Shown here piece by piece: positions 18,410-28,332 of a stretch of DNA of 49,187 nucleotides (the first letter of the stretch is position 1; every line of letters starts with the position of its first letter). The notes under the pieces are model-generated. The model did no database searches, had not been told where the DNA came from, and was given only the letters and a program-made list of their open reading frames with translations. The position numbers were made by a program, and so were the translations under genes. The stretch spans positions 1 through 49,187 of the forward strand of contig JAQUKH010000020.1 of the NCBI GenBank assembly GCA_028719205.1, given 5' to 3'. Origin of the DNA: a bacterium (GTDB taxonomy: Bacteria; JACRDZ01; JAQUKH01).

Positions 18410-18485
18410 AAAAAAAAACCTGCTTCACCATTTTCTGGACGCCATTGTCCACTTATTCGGTAAAATTACCTTGCGCCATTGCAAG
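18410..18485 (-). promoter_or_regulatory. ANTAR-type twin hairpin leader
   Basis: CTTGC-AATGGC-GCAAG and TGGAC-AATGGC-GTCCA followed by a T9 tract; terminator stem is weak. Confidence 0.8.
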
Positions 18486-18510
18486 ATACGGGTTTTCTTA
18501 ATAAAAGAAA

Positions 18511-18538
18511 ATGATAATACAAAATAAACTTTTGTCAA
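18511..18538 (-). promoter_or_regulatory. Sigma-70 promoter
   Basis: TTGACA-N16-TATCAT upstream of the ANTAR hairpins. Confidence 0.65.
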
Positions 18539-18564
18539 GAGTATTAATGCGGAATTTATAAGAT

Positions 18565-20214
18565 CTATAATTTAAATTTACCAACTACCCCTTTTAAATC
18601 AGATGCTGAATTGGCTAGATTCTCGGCGGAATCACTCATTTCCTGCATGGAAGTATTTTGTTCCTCGTTATTTGCGGTTACCGCTTCGATACTTACAACG
18701 GATTGTTTAGCAATGTTTGATATTTTATCTATAGCTTTTAATACTTGTACTCCCTCTGTTACTCTTTCTTGTCCGGATAAAAAAATGTTTTTAGTAAGGC
18801 TTGAAGCTTCCTGTGCCTTTTTGTCTATTTCCCCTAAAAAATCGGCGATTTTGATAACACGATCTTTTCCCTCTTGTACTTCTTTTGAACTTTCCTGAAT
18901 TGAATTAACTGTACGTTTGGTTTCAGTCTGGATTGATTTGATAAAATTATCTATTTTTTTTGTGGCAACCGCGGAACCCTCAGCCAATTTACGTACTTCT
19001 TCTGCAACTACCGCGAATCCCCTTCCTTGTTCACCTGCTCTTGCAGCTTCAATAGCAGCATTAAGTGCTAAAAGATTTGTCTGGTCAGCAATGGAAGAAA
19101 TCGTATCGGTTATCTGCCCAATTTCCAGTGATATCAGTCCTAACTTCTGAACTACCTTGGTAGTCTCTAAAATTGTATTTGTAAGTTTTTCTATTTTCTC
19201 AACTGCTTCTTTAGACGCGTTCTTACCTGCCATAGCCTGATTACTGGTCTGTTCAACTGCTTTACTCGCCGCATCTGCGTCTGACACCAATTGTGTCAGG
19301 TTTATTGATGATTTTTTCATAATTTCCATAACTTTTTTTACTTCTTCCGCTTGATTAACCGCTCCGTTATTTACCTTTTCAAGCGCGGCAGAATTCTGTT
19401 GCGCTGTGACATTTAACTGATGGACCGAACCGGATAATTGTTGTGAAGATTCGGCCACCTTATTCGCATTTTCACCGACCTGAAAAATCATTTTTCTCAA
19501 ACTTTCGTTCATCTTAATAAAAGTTTTAGCCAAATGCCCTATTTCATCGTCGGAACTTACTTTATTTAAATCTTTTTCCGCTAAATTCCCTACAGCAATT
19601 TCCTGAGCTACACCAATTACGTTATATAAAGGTTCAACAATAGTCTTTTTCATTAATAAATAAAAAATAAAACTCCCGAGTATCAAAGTTAGAATCCCTA
19701 CAAGTATTAAAGATAAAATGGTTTCTCCAATAAAAGATGAAGAATAACCCATTCGCAGAACACCCATCTTAACTCCTGCTGAAATAATCGGAAGCCTTGT
19801 TTCCAGAACATTTTTTTCTTGAGGATTTTTTTCCGTAGTTAAGGTTCCCGTGGCTAACGCCTGTTTTTCAAAATCAGTTTGATTCAGATATTGGTCCTTT
19901 AACTTTTCTTCTGACGATGCCACACATCTTCCGTCATTCCCCACCAAAATAGCATATTTCACATCAGAATCATTTTTTTTAGCCTCCTGCAACATCGAAG
20001 CTAATTTATCCCACTCACCTACCATCATTAAGTCCTGTGACGCGATTGCTAAATTAGAACTAACAATCATAGCTTTACTTCCCGCGCCTACTAATAACTT
20101 TCCTCTTACTCTGTAAACCGTTAAAAAAATAATCAGCGCCGTCACCGATACCATAATCAGCAAGAAACTAACTATTACTTTTAATTTCAAACTTATTCTC
20201 ATAAAATTAAACAT
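18565..20214 (-). CDS. Methyl-accepting chemotaxis protein
   Basis: Two TMs, periplasmic sensor, HAMP (DEIGHLA), [35 protein letters not shown]. Confidence 0.95.
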   Translation of the reverse strand: MFNFMRISLKLKVIVSFLLIMVSVTALIIFLTVYRVRGKLLVGAGSKAMIVSSNLAIASQDLMMVGEWDKLASMLQEAKKNDSDVKYAILVGNDGRCVASSEEKLKDQYLNQTDFEKQALATGTLTTEKNPQEKNVLETRLPIISAGVKMGVLRMGYSSSFIGETILSLILVGILTLILGSFIFYLLMKKTIVEPLYNVIGVAQEIAVGNLAEKDLNKVSSDDEIGHLAKTFIKMNESLRKMIFQVGENANKVAESSQQLSGSVHQLNVTAQQNSAALEKVNNGAVNQAEEVKKVMEIMKKSSINLTQLVSDADAASKAVEQTSNQAMAGKNASKEAVEKIEKLTNTILETTKVVQKLGLISLEIGQITDTISSIADQTNLLALNAAIEAARAGEQGRGFAVVAEEVRKLAEGSAVATKKIDNFIKSIQTETKRTVNSIQESSKEVQEGKDRVIKIADFLGEIDKKAQEASSLTKNIFLSGQERVTEGVQVLKAIDKISNIAKQSVVSIEAVTANNEEQNTSMQEMSDSAENLANSASDLKGVVGKFKL

Positions 20215-20224
20215 TTTTTATCAC

Positions 20225-21394
20225 TCACTTTCCTATATTTTGCCAATTCTTGATTCCCACAAATTTTCCGTCCTGGATCTTAGTAATCCAGACTCTATTC
20301 AATCCTACATGGTCATCAGCTCCATAACTAATGGTTACTCCCCCTATATCCAAAGATTTGATATTTTCAACCGCGTCAATTAATCCTTCGCGTGTTAATG
20401 TTTTCCCTGCCTTTTTTAATCCTTCAACTAAAACTACAGCATTAACAAAACCTTCCAGGCTTACAAAACTTGGAGAATCCTGAGGATAAGATTTTTTTAA
20501 AAAAGTTAGATATTGGCTAATCAATATCATATTTATATCTGTGTAAGGGGGCATTACCTGAGTAACAATAACATTTTCAGTATCCTTTCCCAGCTCTTCT
20601 TTCAGGGCTTCAGGGCCAACAAACGATACAGTATGAAAAATGGTTTTAGACATTCCATTTTTTTTTGCTTCTTTTACAAATTTAGACAAGGGATCATAAG
20701 TTCCAACCATAATTACTGCTTCAGGATCTGTGTTTTTTATCTTTTTTAAGCCTTCTTCTATATTTACCGTATTTCTATCAAAACTGCCATAGCCTACCGG
20801 TGTTATTCCATATTTTTCCAAAGCAATTTCCGTCCCTTTCTTTACGGCTTCCCCAAAGGCATCATACTGATAAAAAACAGCTATTTTTTTAAATTTCAAT
20901 TCATTTACAAAATAATCTATAATAACCTTCGCCTCTTCATAATAAGAAGCCCTGATATGAATGTTATAATGAACTAAAGGGTTTCTTAAAACCTCTGCAC
21001 CGGTAAAAAAACCTACAACTGGAACTTTTGCATTGACCCAAACAGGTTGAGCCTTCACAGCTGTTGGGGTACCTACATAGCATGTAAGCGCGAAAACCTT
21101 GTCCTGCTCTAACAGTTTTTTTGTATTTAATACACAAGTTAAAGGGTCATAATTATCATTATAAAATTTTACGTTGATCTTCCTTCCATTTACTCCTCCA
21201 TGTTCATTCACATAGTTTATATATGCCATTAACCCATGAGATGTCTGAATCCCTAAAAAACTTGCTGATCCTTCTAAAGGCAGAGATGAACCTAAAAGAA
21301 TTTGGTCATTCGTTATTCCGGGATCAGCCGCAATAATGGAATTAACAGATAGCATTAATAAACTAAAAACTACCAAGAGAGCTTTATGCCGCAT
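20225..21394 (-). CDS. LivJ/LivK-like periplasmic substrate-binding protein
   Basis: Signal peptide, NEHGGVNGRKI, VGTPT motifs of branched-chain amino-acid-type SBPs. Confidence 0.85.
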   Translation of the reverse strand: MRHKALLVVFSLLMLSVNSIIAADPGITNDQILLGSSLPLEGSASFLGIQTSHGLMAYINYVNEHGGVNGRKINVKFYNDNYDPLTCVLNTKKLLEQDKVFALTCYVGTPTAVKAQPVWVNAKVPVVGFFTGAEVLRNPLVHYNIHIRASYYEEAKVIIDYFVNELKFKKIAVFYQYDAFGEAVKKGTEIALEKYGITPVGYGSFDRNTVNIEEGLKKIKNTDPEAVIMVGTYDPLSKFVKEAKKNGMSKTIFHTVSFVGPEALKEELGKDTENVIVTQVMPPYTDINMILISQYLTFLKKSYPQDSPSFVSLEGFVNAVVLVEGLKKAGKTLTREGLIDAVENIKSLDIGGVTISYGADDHVGLNRVWITKIQDGKFVGIKNWQNIGK

Positions 21395-21492
21395 TGTTAA
21401 TCTCCTTTCTAAATAAAAAGCTTTTCAAAACAATTACTTATCTTTATTTCGGATATTTTAGATGAATACTTTACACTATTTAAATTTCGCGC

Positions 21493-21521
21493 TTGACAAA
21501 AAGATATCAAATACGTATTAT
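21493..21521 (+). promoter_or_regulatory. Sigma-70 promoter
   Basis: TTGACA-N17-TATTAT. Confidence 0.6.
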
Positions 21522-21557
21522 TAAATTTACAAAAGATAAATCTATCATTAAAAAATT

Positions 21558-22136
21558 ATGGAAATTACAGCGATCCTTGGAAGCCCCAGAATTGAAGGAA
21601 ATTCTGAAATTCTGCTAAAAGAAACAGTCAGGGCCGTTGAAGAAAAAGGGCACAGGGTAAAGATCTTCCGCCCCAGTATAATGAATATTTCTCCATGCAC
21701 AAATTGCGACGGTTGTTTAAAAACCGGCATATGCGTGATCAGGGATGATATGGATATTATATCCAAGGCGATCAGAACCAGCGACCGGTTTATACTTGCC
21801 TCCCCTATTTTCTTTTTCGGCTTAACGGCACAGATCAAAACAGTCATTGACAGGTGCCAGTCATTCTGGTGCGAGAAATATTTGCTAAAAAAACCTGTAC
21901 CTGAAGGCCCTGATGGAAGAAAAGGATTACTGCTGATGACAGGCGGAATGAATAAGGAAATTGAGTTTACATGCGGAGAAGCCACAGCCAAAGCATTTTT
22001 CAGGACAATAAACGTCCAAAAGCATGAAACTCTTTTCTATCCTAAAATAGACGCTAAAGGAGCAATTAAAAACCACCCGACTGCGCTAAAAGATGTTTAT
22101 GAAGCCGGCAAAAGATTAGTCAGCAAAAATATATAA
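21558..22136 (+). CDS. Flavodoxin-like NADPH-dependent FMN reductase / iron-sulfur flavoprotein
   Basis: GSPR..GNS, CxxCxxC-x5-C-xxxDD, ASPIFF. Confidence 0.88.
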   Translation: MEITAILGSPRIEGNSEILLKETVRAVEEKGHRVKIFRPSIMNISPCTNCDGCLKTGICVIRDDMDIISKAIRTSDRFILASPIFFFGLTAQIKTVIDRCQSFWCEKYLLKKPVPEGPDGRKGLLLMTGGMNKEIEFTCGEATAKAFFRTINVQKHETLFYPKIDAKGAIKNHPTALKDVYEAGKRLVSKNI

Positions 22137-22138
22137 CC

Positions 22139-22306
22139 TTACTTTAACTTTGGCGCTATTACTTTATTTAGCTTAGGTGCGGAAACTCTTGGAACCATAA
22201 CCCTTTCAAGTTTTGGCATAGAAACTCTTGGCGCGGTAACTTTTTCAAGCTTTGGCGCGGTAACTCTGGGAACGGTAACTCTTGGAACTTTTGGGACATC
22301 AATCAT
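22139..22306 (-). CDS. 55-aa basic Pro/Val/Lys/Arg repeat peptide
   Basis: MIDVPKVPRVTVPRVTAPKLEKVTAPRVSMPKLERVMVPRVSAPKLNKVIAPKLK behind AAGGAG; repeats are in frame and codon-varied. Confidence 0.65.
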   Translation of the reverse strand: MIDVPKVPRVTVPRVTAPKLEKVTAPRVSMPKLERVMVPRVSAPKLNKVIAPKLK

Positions 22307-22393
22307 TTTCTTCTCCTTTTTATATAACAATTTTTGTTATTATCCGCTATTTTATTAATTTTTTCAATAAATATTTAATATTTTTTATCTTAT

Positions 22394-22852
22394 CTAAATT
22401 TCTTTTTTTACCAATTCAATTATTTTTGGGATTTTTCTTTTTATCAACGGAGACAGCTCCATCTTCCATGAAGAATGTTCTTTCGGCTCGATACCGATAA
22501 TTATCACTTCAGGCATTATTGCAGTTGTCATTGACAGCAAATTTAATGTTTCATGAAAATCAACCTGGTGCAGAGAAAGAATTTTAGATTCGTCCTTTAC
22601 TAAATCTTCAGGAACCAGGCGGTAAATTATTCCCGGTTTTTTTCCTCCCCGGACACAGTCGATCACAATGATTTTTGTCCTGCCTTTAATATATAAAAGC
22701 AGGTCTAATCCTGCCGTACCGCCATCGATCACTTCAACATTTTCAGGCAAGGGCATCTTCATCATCTGTTGAGCGACATGCACCCCTACGCCTTCATCTT
22801 TGAGTAAAATATTTCCAATCCCCAAAATAAGTGTCGTTTTAACTTTTTTCAT
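22394..22852 (-). CDS. Hydrogenase maturation protease (HyaD/HybD family)
   Basis: LGIGNILLKDEGVGVH, DGGT, SLHQ; follows the large subunit. Confidence 0.93.
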   Translation of the reverse strand: MKKVKTTLILGIGNILLKDEGVGVHVAQQMMKMPLPENVEVIDGGTAGLDLLLYIKGRTKIIVIDCVRGGKKPGIIYRLVPEDLVKDESKILSLHQVDFHETLNLLSMTTAIMPEVIIIGIEPKEHSSWKMELSPLIKRKIPKIIELVKKEI

Positions 22853-22854
22853 CT

Positions 22855-24303
22855 TTATACTTCAAATATTTTCATTTTCTTTTTCGCGCCAAGAACATGT
22901 ACCGCGCACGCGATACACGGGTCAAATGAACGAACAACCCTGACAAGTTCAATAGGATTATTATCATCCTTCACCGGCGTACCGACTAACGCCTGTTCAA
23001 TAGCGCCGGGCTGCCCGTTATCATCGCGCGGTGAGCCATTCCACGTAGTCGGAACCACCATTTGATATAGCGCTACTTTACCGTTTTCAATTCTCATCCA
23101 ATGCCCGAGCGCGCCTCTGGACGCTTCAGTCAATCCAACCCCCTCACCTTCTTTTGGTATAATATAGGGAGTATGCACAGGCTCGCCCGGTTTTAATTGA
23201 ATTATCCATTTTTCCATCGCGTCCGCGCACATTTTTGTTTCTAACGCGCGCGCGGCATGCCTGCCGAGAACAGAAAACACTTTAGTCTCGGATATTCCCA
23301 ATGATCCTGCCGTTTTCACTAAGATCGGATCCTGCTTCCGGTTAATAAACATACGCGCCAAAGGCCCTACCTCATGAACTTTATTGTCATACCGGGGAGC
23401 TTTTAACCATGAATAAGCTCCCACCTTATCCAATGACGGTGTCGTTTTGCCTTTACTGGGATGCAGGCCTCCGTTATCATCGTTATACCAGGCATATTTC
23501 ACTTGTTCTGTAATTTTAGCCTGGTTGAATTCCTCATCCTTGCCATCAGTAAACGTGCCTGCTTTAATTAGTTTCTTACCGTCAGCATCGGGATAAACAC
23601 CATAAGAAAGAAAATTTTTACATCCAATACCGATATCCCAATAATCTGAATAAACTTTCGCGATTTCAACTACTGTCGGTATGTATTTATTTTCAATAAA
23701 AGATTTTATCTCTTTTAGCCGCCGAAGAAAATCATTAATTTTGTCCACTGTTACAGTTTCCGTAGCACCTCCCGGAACAGTCCCGCACAGGCCCGGAGCC
23801 CTTCCTCCGAAAATAGCAAGCATTTCATGAGCTTTCATCCTGATATCCAGAGCCTGTATATATTGCCCGACTGCATTTCCATTTGCCTCTTTAGACAGCC
23901 GATAATCTCCTTTATACCGCGGAATAAACGGGGGTGTATCAGGCCCGACCATATAATCCAGCGCGGCAAGATGATAAAAGTGGAGGATATGCGACATTAA
24001 ATTATTGCTTGCCTGTATTAAATTACGAAGTATCCTGCCGTTATCAGGCGGTGTAACTTTAAATGCTTCGTCAGCGCATAAAATAGCGGCCTGCGCGTGA
24101 GATACCGGGCATACCCCGCATATACGCGCGGTAAGCACGTGCGGGTCAACCGGGTTTCTGCCTATAAGTATGGTTTCAATTCCGCGATGCATCGCACCCG
24201 TACTGTACGCGTTTACCACTTTGCCGTTTTCAATTTCAACTTCAATTTTTAAATGTCCTTCAATACGCGTCACCGGATCAATAACTATTTTATGCATATT
24301 CAT
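22855..24303 (-). CDS. Group 1 (1a-like) [NiFe]-hydrogenase large subunit
   Basis: DPVTRIEGH, RICGVC, DPCIACAVH plus cleavable C-terminal tail. Confidence 0.93.
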   Translation of the reverse strand: MNMHKIVIDPVTRIEGHLKIEVEIENGKVVNAYSTGAMHRGIETILIGRNPVDPHVLTARICGVCPVSHAQAAILCADEAFKVTPPDNGRILRNLIQASNNLMSHILHFYHLAALDYMVGPDTPPFIPRYKGDYRLSKEANGNAVGQYIQALDIRMKAHEMLAIFGGRAPGLCGTVPGGATETVTVDKINDFLRRLKEIKSFIENKYIPTVVEIAKVYSDYWDIGIGCKNFLSYGVYPDADGKKLIKAGTFTDGKDEEFNQAKITEQVKYAWYNDDNGGLHPSKGKTTPSLDKVGAYSWLKAPRYDNKVHEVGPLARMFINRKQDPILVKTAGSLGISETKVFSVLGRHAARALETKMCADAMEKWIIQLKPGEPVHTPYIIPKEGEGVGLTEASRGALGHWMRIENGKVALYQMVVPTTWNGSPRDDNGQPGAIEQALVGTPVKDDNNPIELVRVVRSFDPCIACAVHVLGAKKKMKIFEV

Positions 24304-24346
24304 CACCTGCCTTTATTTATCTTTTTTTTGTTGTTTTGGATGTCCG

Positions 24347-25237
24347 TTAAAATAATGGTGAAAATTTGTCCGGCCAGCCGGGTTCAGTACAACCCCTGCA
24401 GCCCGCGCCGCTTTGTACGCACCAGCTCACACGATTATTCCATAACCTTTGAGGACAATCCGCGTAGGTTACAGGGCCCTTACACCCTAATTCATATAAA
24501 CAACCTTCTTCACTAAAATGTTTCGCGAATTTATTTTTATCGTAATCCCTCCGCCTCTCACAATTATCATGTATACATTTTCCGAAAAACATTTTCGGTC
24601 GCCCATAAAGATCTAATTCAGGCATTCCAAAAAGCAAAACATGAGAGATCGTGCCCATCATCCAATCAGGGTGCGGAGGACAACCCGGTATATTGATCAC
24701 CGGTTTTTTTAAATATTCCTGAACTCCTACCGCGCCGGTATAATTTCCGGCAGCCGCAGGAATGCCTCCATACGCGGCACACTGTCCCACGGCTATTATC
24801 GATTTTGCCGAATCGCCTAATCTTGTTACCCATTCACCCATCGGAATACCTTCACCATCCTTCTCCCCGATCTCGCAGTATTTACCGCTCTTTGTCGGAA
24901 TCGATCCTTCAATGATCAGTAAATACTCCCCTTTTTTATTTTTTATCGCGTCTTCATATACCGATAAAGCCAGGCCGCCGGAAGCAGCCATTAAATTAGG
25001 ATGAAATTCCAGGCTTATTATTTCCATCAATACTTTTTTAATATCCGGATGCACGGAATTTAGCAGTGAAACCGAACATCCTGAACAATTCATTCCCTCT
25101 AACCAAATTACTGTTGGCTTACCCCCCGCAGCGGCTGTTAAGGCTCTATATACTTCAGGAATAAGTACCTGCGAAAACCCGGCAGTTAATGCTAAGCCGC
25201 TGCACATTTTTAAAAATTTTCTTCGAGTTAAAGCCAT
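24347..25237 (-). CDS. [NiFe]-hydrogenase small subunit, Tat-exported
   Basis: TRRKFLK twin-arginine signal, CSGCS, PGCPPHP, HDNC..CLYELGCKGP; no C-terminal TM. Confidence 0.93.
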   Translation of the reverse strand: MALTRRKFLKMCSGLALTAGFSQVLIPEVYRALTAAAGGKPTVIWLEGMNCSGCSVSLLNSVHPDIKKVLMEIISLEFHPNLMAASGGLALSVYEDAIKNKKGEYLLIIEGSIPTKSGKYCEIGEKDGEGIPMGEWVTRLGDSAKSIIAVGQCAAYGGIPAAAGNYTGAVGVQEYLKKPVINIPGCPPHPDWMMGTISHVLLFGMPELDLYGRPKMFFGKCIHDNCERRRDYDKNKFAKHFSEEGCLYELGCKGPVTYADCPQRLWNNRVSWCVQSGAGCRGCTEPGWPDKFSPLF

Positions 25238-25351
25238 TTATTTCCCTTCGTATTTTATATGTTATCCCCTTCGAGGATAACAAGAACTAGAAGCGGAAAG
25301 AACCTGGCTTTCAGCCAGAACCTTTCGCTTAAGTCTTGTTTATTATAAAAC

Positions 25352-25388
25352 AAAAAAAAGGGCATCATTTTTTAAATGATTACCCTTT
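25352..25388 (-). terminator. Intrinsic terminator after asd
   Basis: AAAGGGTAATCATTT..AAATGATGCCCTTTTTTTT. Confidence 0.7.
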
Positions 25389-25464
25389 ACTTTCTAACTT
25401 GACCTTTTTTATTTTCACGGAAGACATACTTTAACCTTTTGCCAAGTATTTATAGATATTTTGT

Positions 25465-26478
25465 TTATAAACTTTCCTTAATTAACACTTCAGCGATCTG
25501 CACAGCGTTTGAAGCCGCGCCTTTCAGCAGATTGTCGCTTACGATCCACATATTCAATCCTTTAGGTATCGATTCATCCTCGCGTATACGCCCTACAAAC
25601 ACTTCATATTTATCCTCAGCGTTTATAGCTAACGGATATATGTTATTTGACGGATCGTCCTCGACAATAACTCCGGGAGCTTTTTCAAGGATATTCTGAG
25701 CTTCTTCTTTTGTTAATTTTTTTTCTGTTTCTATATTTACACTCTCGGAATGGCTCCTGAATACCGGCACACGAACGGTCGTAGCCGTAACCATAATTGA
25801 ATCATCTTCCATTATTTTTTTTGTTTCATTAACCATTTTCATTTCTTCTTTTGTATAACCGTTTGGCATAAAAGAATCAATATGCGGCAAGCAGTTAAAT
25901 GCTATCTGATGAGGATATACCTTGGGCGGATATTTACTTTTACCGACCAGGGCTTTTGTCTGTTCTAAAAGCTCAATTATCGCCTTTGTGCCTGTTCCTG
26001 AAACAGCCTGAAAAGTAGTAACAACAACCCTTTTTATTTTAGCTTTATCATGAATAGGTTTTAAAGCGACCACCATTTGTATAGTGGAACAGTTCGGATT
26101 GGCAATGATCCCCTTGTGTTTTTTTATCATATGCGGATTAACCTCAGGCACAACCAGCGGAACATCTTTATCCATCCGAAACGCGCTTGAATTATCAATA
26201 ACCACCGCCCCCGCCTTTGCCGCGATAGGAGCGAATATTTTACTTCTTTCCGCGCCCGCTGAAAAAAGCGCGATGTCCACGCCTTTAAAGGAATCTTCTT
26301 TTAATTCCAGCACAGGGAATTCCTTCCCCTTAAAAATTATTTTTTTCCCGACAGAACGCGATGACGCCAAAGGCACAATATTTTTCACAGGGAATTTTCT
26401 GCGTTCCAGTGTTTTTATCATCTCCTGCCCGACCGCCCCGGTCGCGCCCACTACCGCCACAACATAACTCTTAGACAT
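25465..26478 (-). CDS. asd: Aspartate-semialdehyde dehydrogenase
   Basis: GATGAVG, NPNCST, DNLLKGAA. Confidence 0.97.
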   Translation of the reverse strand: MSKSYVVAVVGATGAVGQEMIKTLERRKFPVKNIVPLASSRSVGKKIIFKGKEFPVLELKEDSFKGVDIALFSAGAERSKIFAPIAAKAGAVVIDNSSAFRMDKDVPLVVPEVNPHMIKKHKGIIANPNCSTIQMVVALKPIHDKAKIKRVVVTTFQAVSGTGTKAIIELLEQTKALVGKSKYPPKVYPHQIAFNCLPHIDSFMPNGYTKEEMKMVNETKKIMEDDSIMVTATTVRVPVFRSHSESVNIETEKKLTKEEAQNILEKAPGVIVEDDPSNNIYPLAINAEDKYEVFVGRIREDESIPKGLNMWIVSDNLLKGAASNAVQIAEVLIKESL

Positions 26479-26523
26479 ATAACTCCTTTCTAAATTTAAA
26501 ACATATTATATCAAAATTTGTTT

Positions 26524-28230
26524 TCACTTCAACCAATTTTTTAAATCCTTAAGATTAAAGGTATTCAATACATCTTTTTTCTCAAGCCATCCCCTGCGGG
26601 CGACGCTGACGCCGAATTTCATCATCCATAATTGTTCGGTGTTATGGGCGTCGGTCCCGATTGCCAGTTTTACCCCGGCCTCTTTTGCCCGGCGTGAGTT
26701 TATATCATTCAGATCCAGGCGCGTATAATACGCGTTAATTTCAAGGGCTATGTTTTTTTCTTTTGCCTTTTTAATGACCTTTTCAATATTAATATGATAC
26801 GCGTCACGCTCACCGATCAACCGTCCGGTAGGGTGCGCGAATATCGAAACATACGGATTGTCCATCGCGTCAAGCACGCGTCCTGTCAGCATATCCTCAT
26901 CCTCTTTGAATCCTGAATGTATCGATGCTATGACAATATCGAGCTTTTTCAATAAATTATCCTGCAGGTCAAGAGTTCCGTCACTTTTAATATTAACCTC
27001 ACTACCTTTAAGAAGCTTGATACCTGTAATTTCCTTATTAATTGTATTTATTTCTTCAATCTGCTCTTCCAATTTTTCAGGCTTCAAACCATGCGCGATA
27101 TGAAGCGATTGTGAATGGTCCGTTATCGCGATATATTCATAACCCATTTTCCTGCCTGTCTCGGCAATTTCCCTGAGAGAATTACTGCCGTCGCTGTAAC
27201 GCGAATGGACATGAAAGTCCCCCCGGATGTTTTTATGTTCAAGAAGCTCTGGCATCCGCCCTTTAACAGCAATTTCAATTTCTCCCCGGTCCTCACGCAT
27301 TTCAGGAGGTATAAAAGGAAGTCCGAGCACTTTATAAATTTCTTCTTCCTTTTTCCCGCCAAGCTTCACATCATCCCGGAATATCCCATATTCATTGATT
27401 TTAAAGCCGGCTTTTTTTGCCATATCACGAAGTTTTATATTATGGTTTTTTGATCCGGTAAAATATTGAAGCGCGGAACCGAAACTTTCTTCAGGAACAA
27501 AACGCAGGTCAACCTGTATTCCATCCTCAACCCGTATGCTTCCTTTCGTTTCTCCGGATGCGAGAACCTCTTTAACTCCTGGATATTTTTTAAAGTGTTC
27601 GATTATTTCAGGCCCGTTACTGCCTGTAACTAAAATATCTATATCGCCTATTGTTTCCTGCATACGGCGCAGGCTGCCCGCCGGAACCGCCTTTTTTATT
27701 TCTTTTATCTTAAAAAGATATCCAAGGATATTTTCAACAAGCGGATAGGCCAAACCTAAATTAATGCGCCCTTTACTGCTCTCGAATACTTCCACACCTC
27801 TCAAAATATTTTCTTCTTTTTTTTCTCCAAAACCTTCTAATTCCCGAAGTTTGCCATCGCTTATCGCCTTTTTCAAGTCATCAATATTTTTTATCCCCAA
27901 CTCCCTGTTTATTTTAGAAACCCCTTTTGGCCCTAATCCGGGAACGGATAATAAACCCACCAGGCCATCAGGGACTTCTTTTTTTATTTCTTCATACCGT
28001 TCAATTTTGCCGGTTTTAATAAATTCCTCGATTTTTTCAGTCATACCACTGCCTATACCCGCGATTTCTTTAAGCTTTCCCTGCTTATCAATTTCTTCAA
28101 TATCCGAAGCCAGGTCCTTAAGTATCCGCGAAGCTTTACGATAGGCGCTTATTTTAAATATATTTTCGCCTTTTAACTCCAAAATATCAGCAATATGTTC
28201 AAAAATAACGGCTATTTCGTGATTTTTCAT
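26524..28230 (-). CDS. polX: DNA polymerase X / PHP 3'-5' exonuclease
   Basis: GSLRR, GDIDIL, YFTGS; PHP motifs HVHS, TDHS, TDAH. Confidence 0.95.
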   Translation of the reverse strand: MKNHEIAVIFEHIADILELKGENIFKISAYRKASRILKDLASDIEEIDKQGKLKEIAGIGSGMTEKIEEFIKTGKIERYEEIKKEVPDGLVGLLSVPGLGPKGVSKINRELGIKNIDDLKKAISDGKLRELEGFGEKKEENILRGVEVFESSKGRINLGLAYPLVENILGYLFKIKEIKKAVPAGSLRRMQETIGDIDILVTGSNGPEIIEHFKKYPGVKEVLASGETKGSIRVEDGIQVDLRFVPEESFGSALQYFTGSKNHNIKLRDMAKKAGFKINEYGIFRDDVKLGGKKEEEIYKVLGLPFIPPEMREDRGEIEIAVKGRMPELLEHKNIRGDFHVHSRYSDGSNSLREIAETGRKMGYEYIAITDHSQSLHIAHGLKPEKLEEQIEEINTINKEITGIKLLKGSEVNIKSDGTLDLQDNLLKKLDIVIASIHSGFKEDEDMLTGRVLDAMDNPYVSIFAHPTGRLIGERDAYHINIEKVIKKAKEKNIALEINAYYTRLDLNDINSRRAKEAGVKLAIGTDAHNTEQLWMMKFGVSVARRGWLEKKDVLNTFNLKDLKNWLK

Positions 28231-28247
28231 TTTAATTTATAAAATAG

Positions 28248-28276
28248 TTGACAATAAATTAATAATTTTGTATAAT
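28248..28276 (+). promoter_or_regulatory. Sigma-70 promoter of rpsT
   Basis: Perfect TTGACA-N17-TATAAT. Confidence 0.8.
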
Positions 28277-28332
28277 CTCAAATTAATGTTAGTTATCAGG
28301 AACTGATCACTTCGTGAAAAGAAAGGTCAAAT

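Noticed and set aside
22855-24303. Selenocysteine [NiFeSe] hydrogenase
   Set aside because: The C-terminal motif is DPCIAC with ordinary Cys codons and no in-frame TGA.
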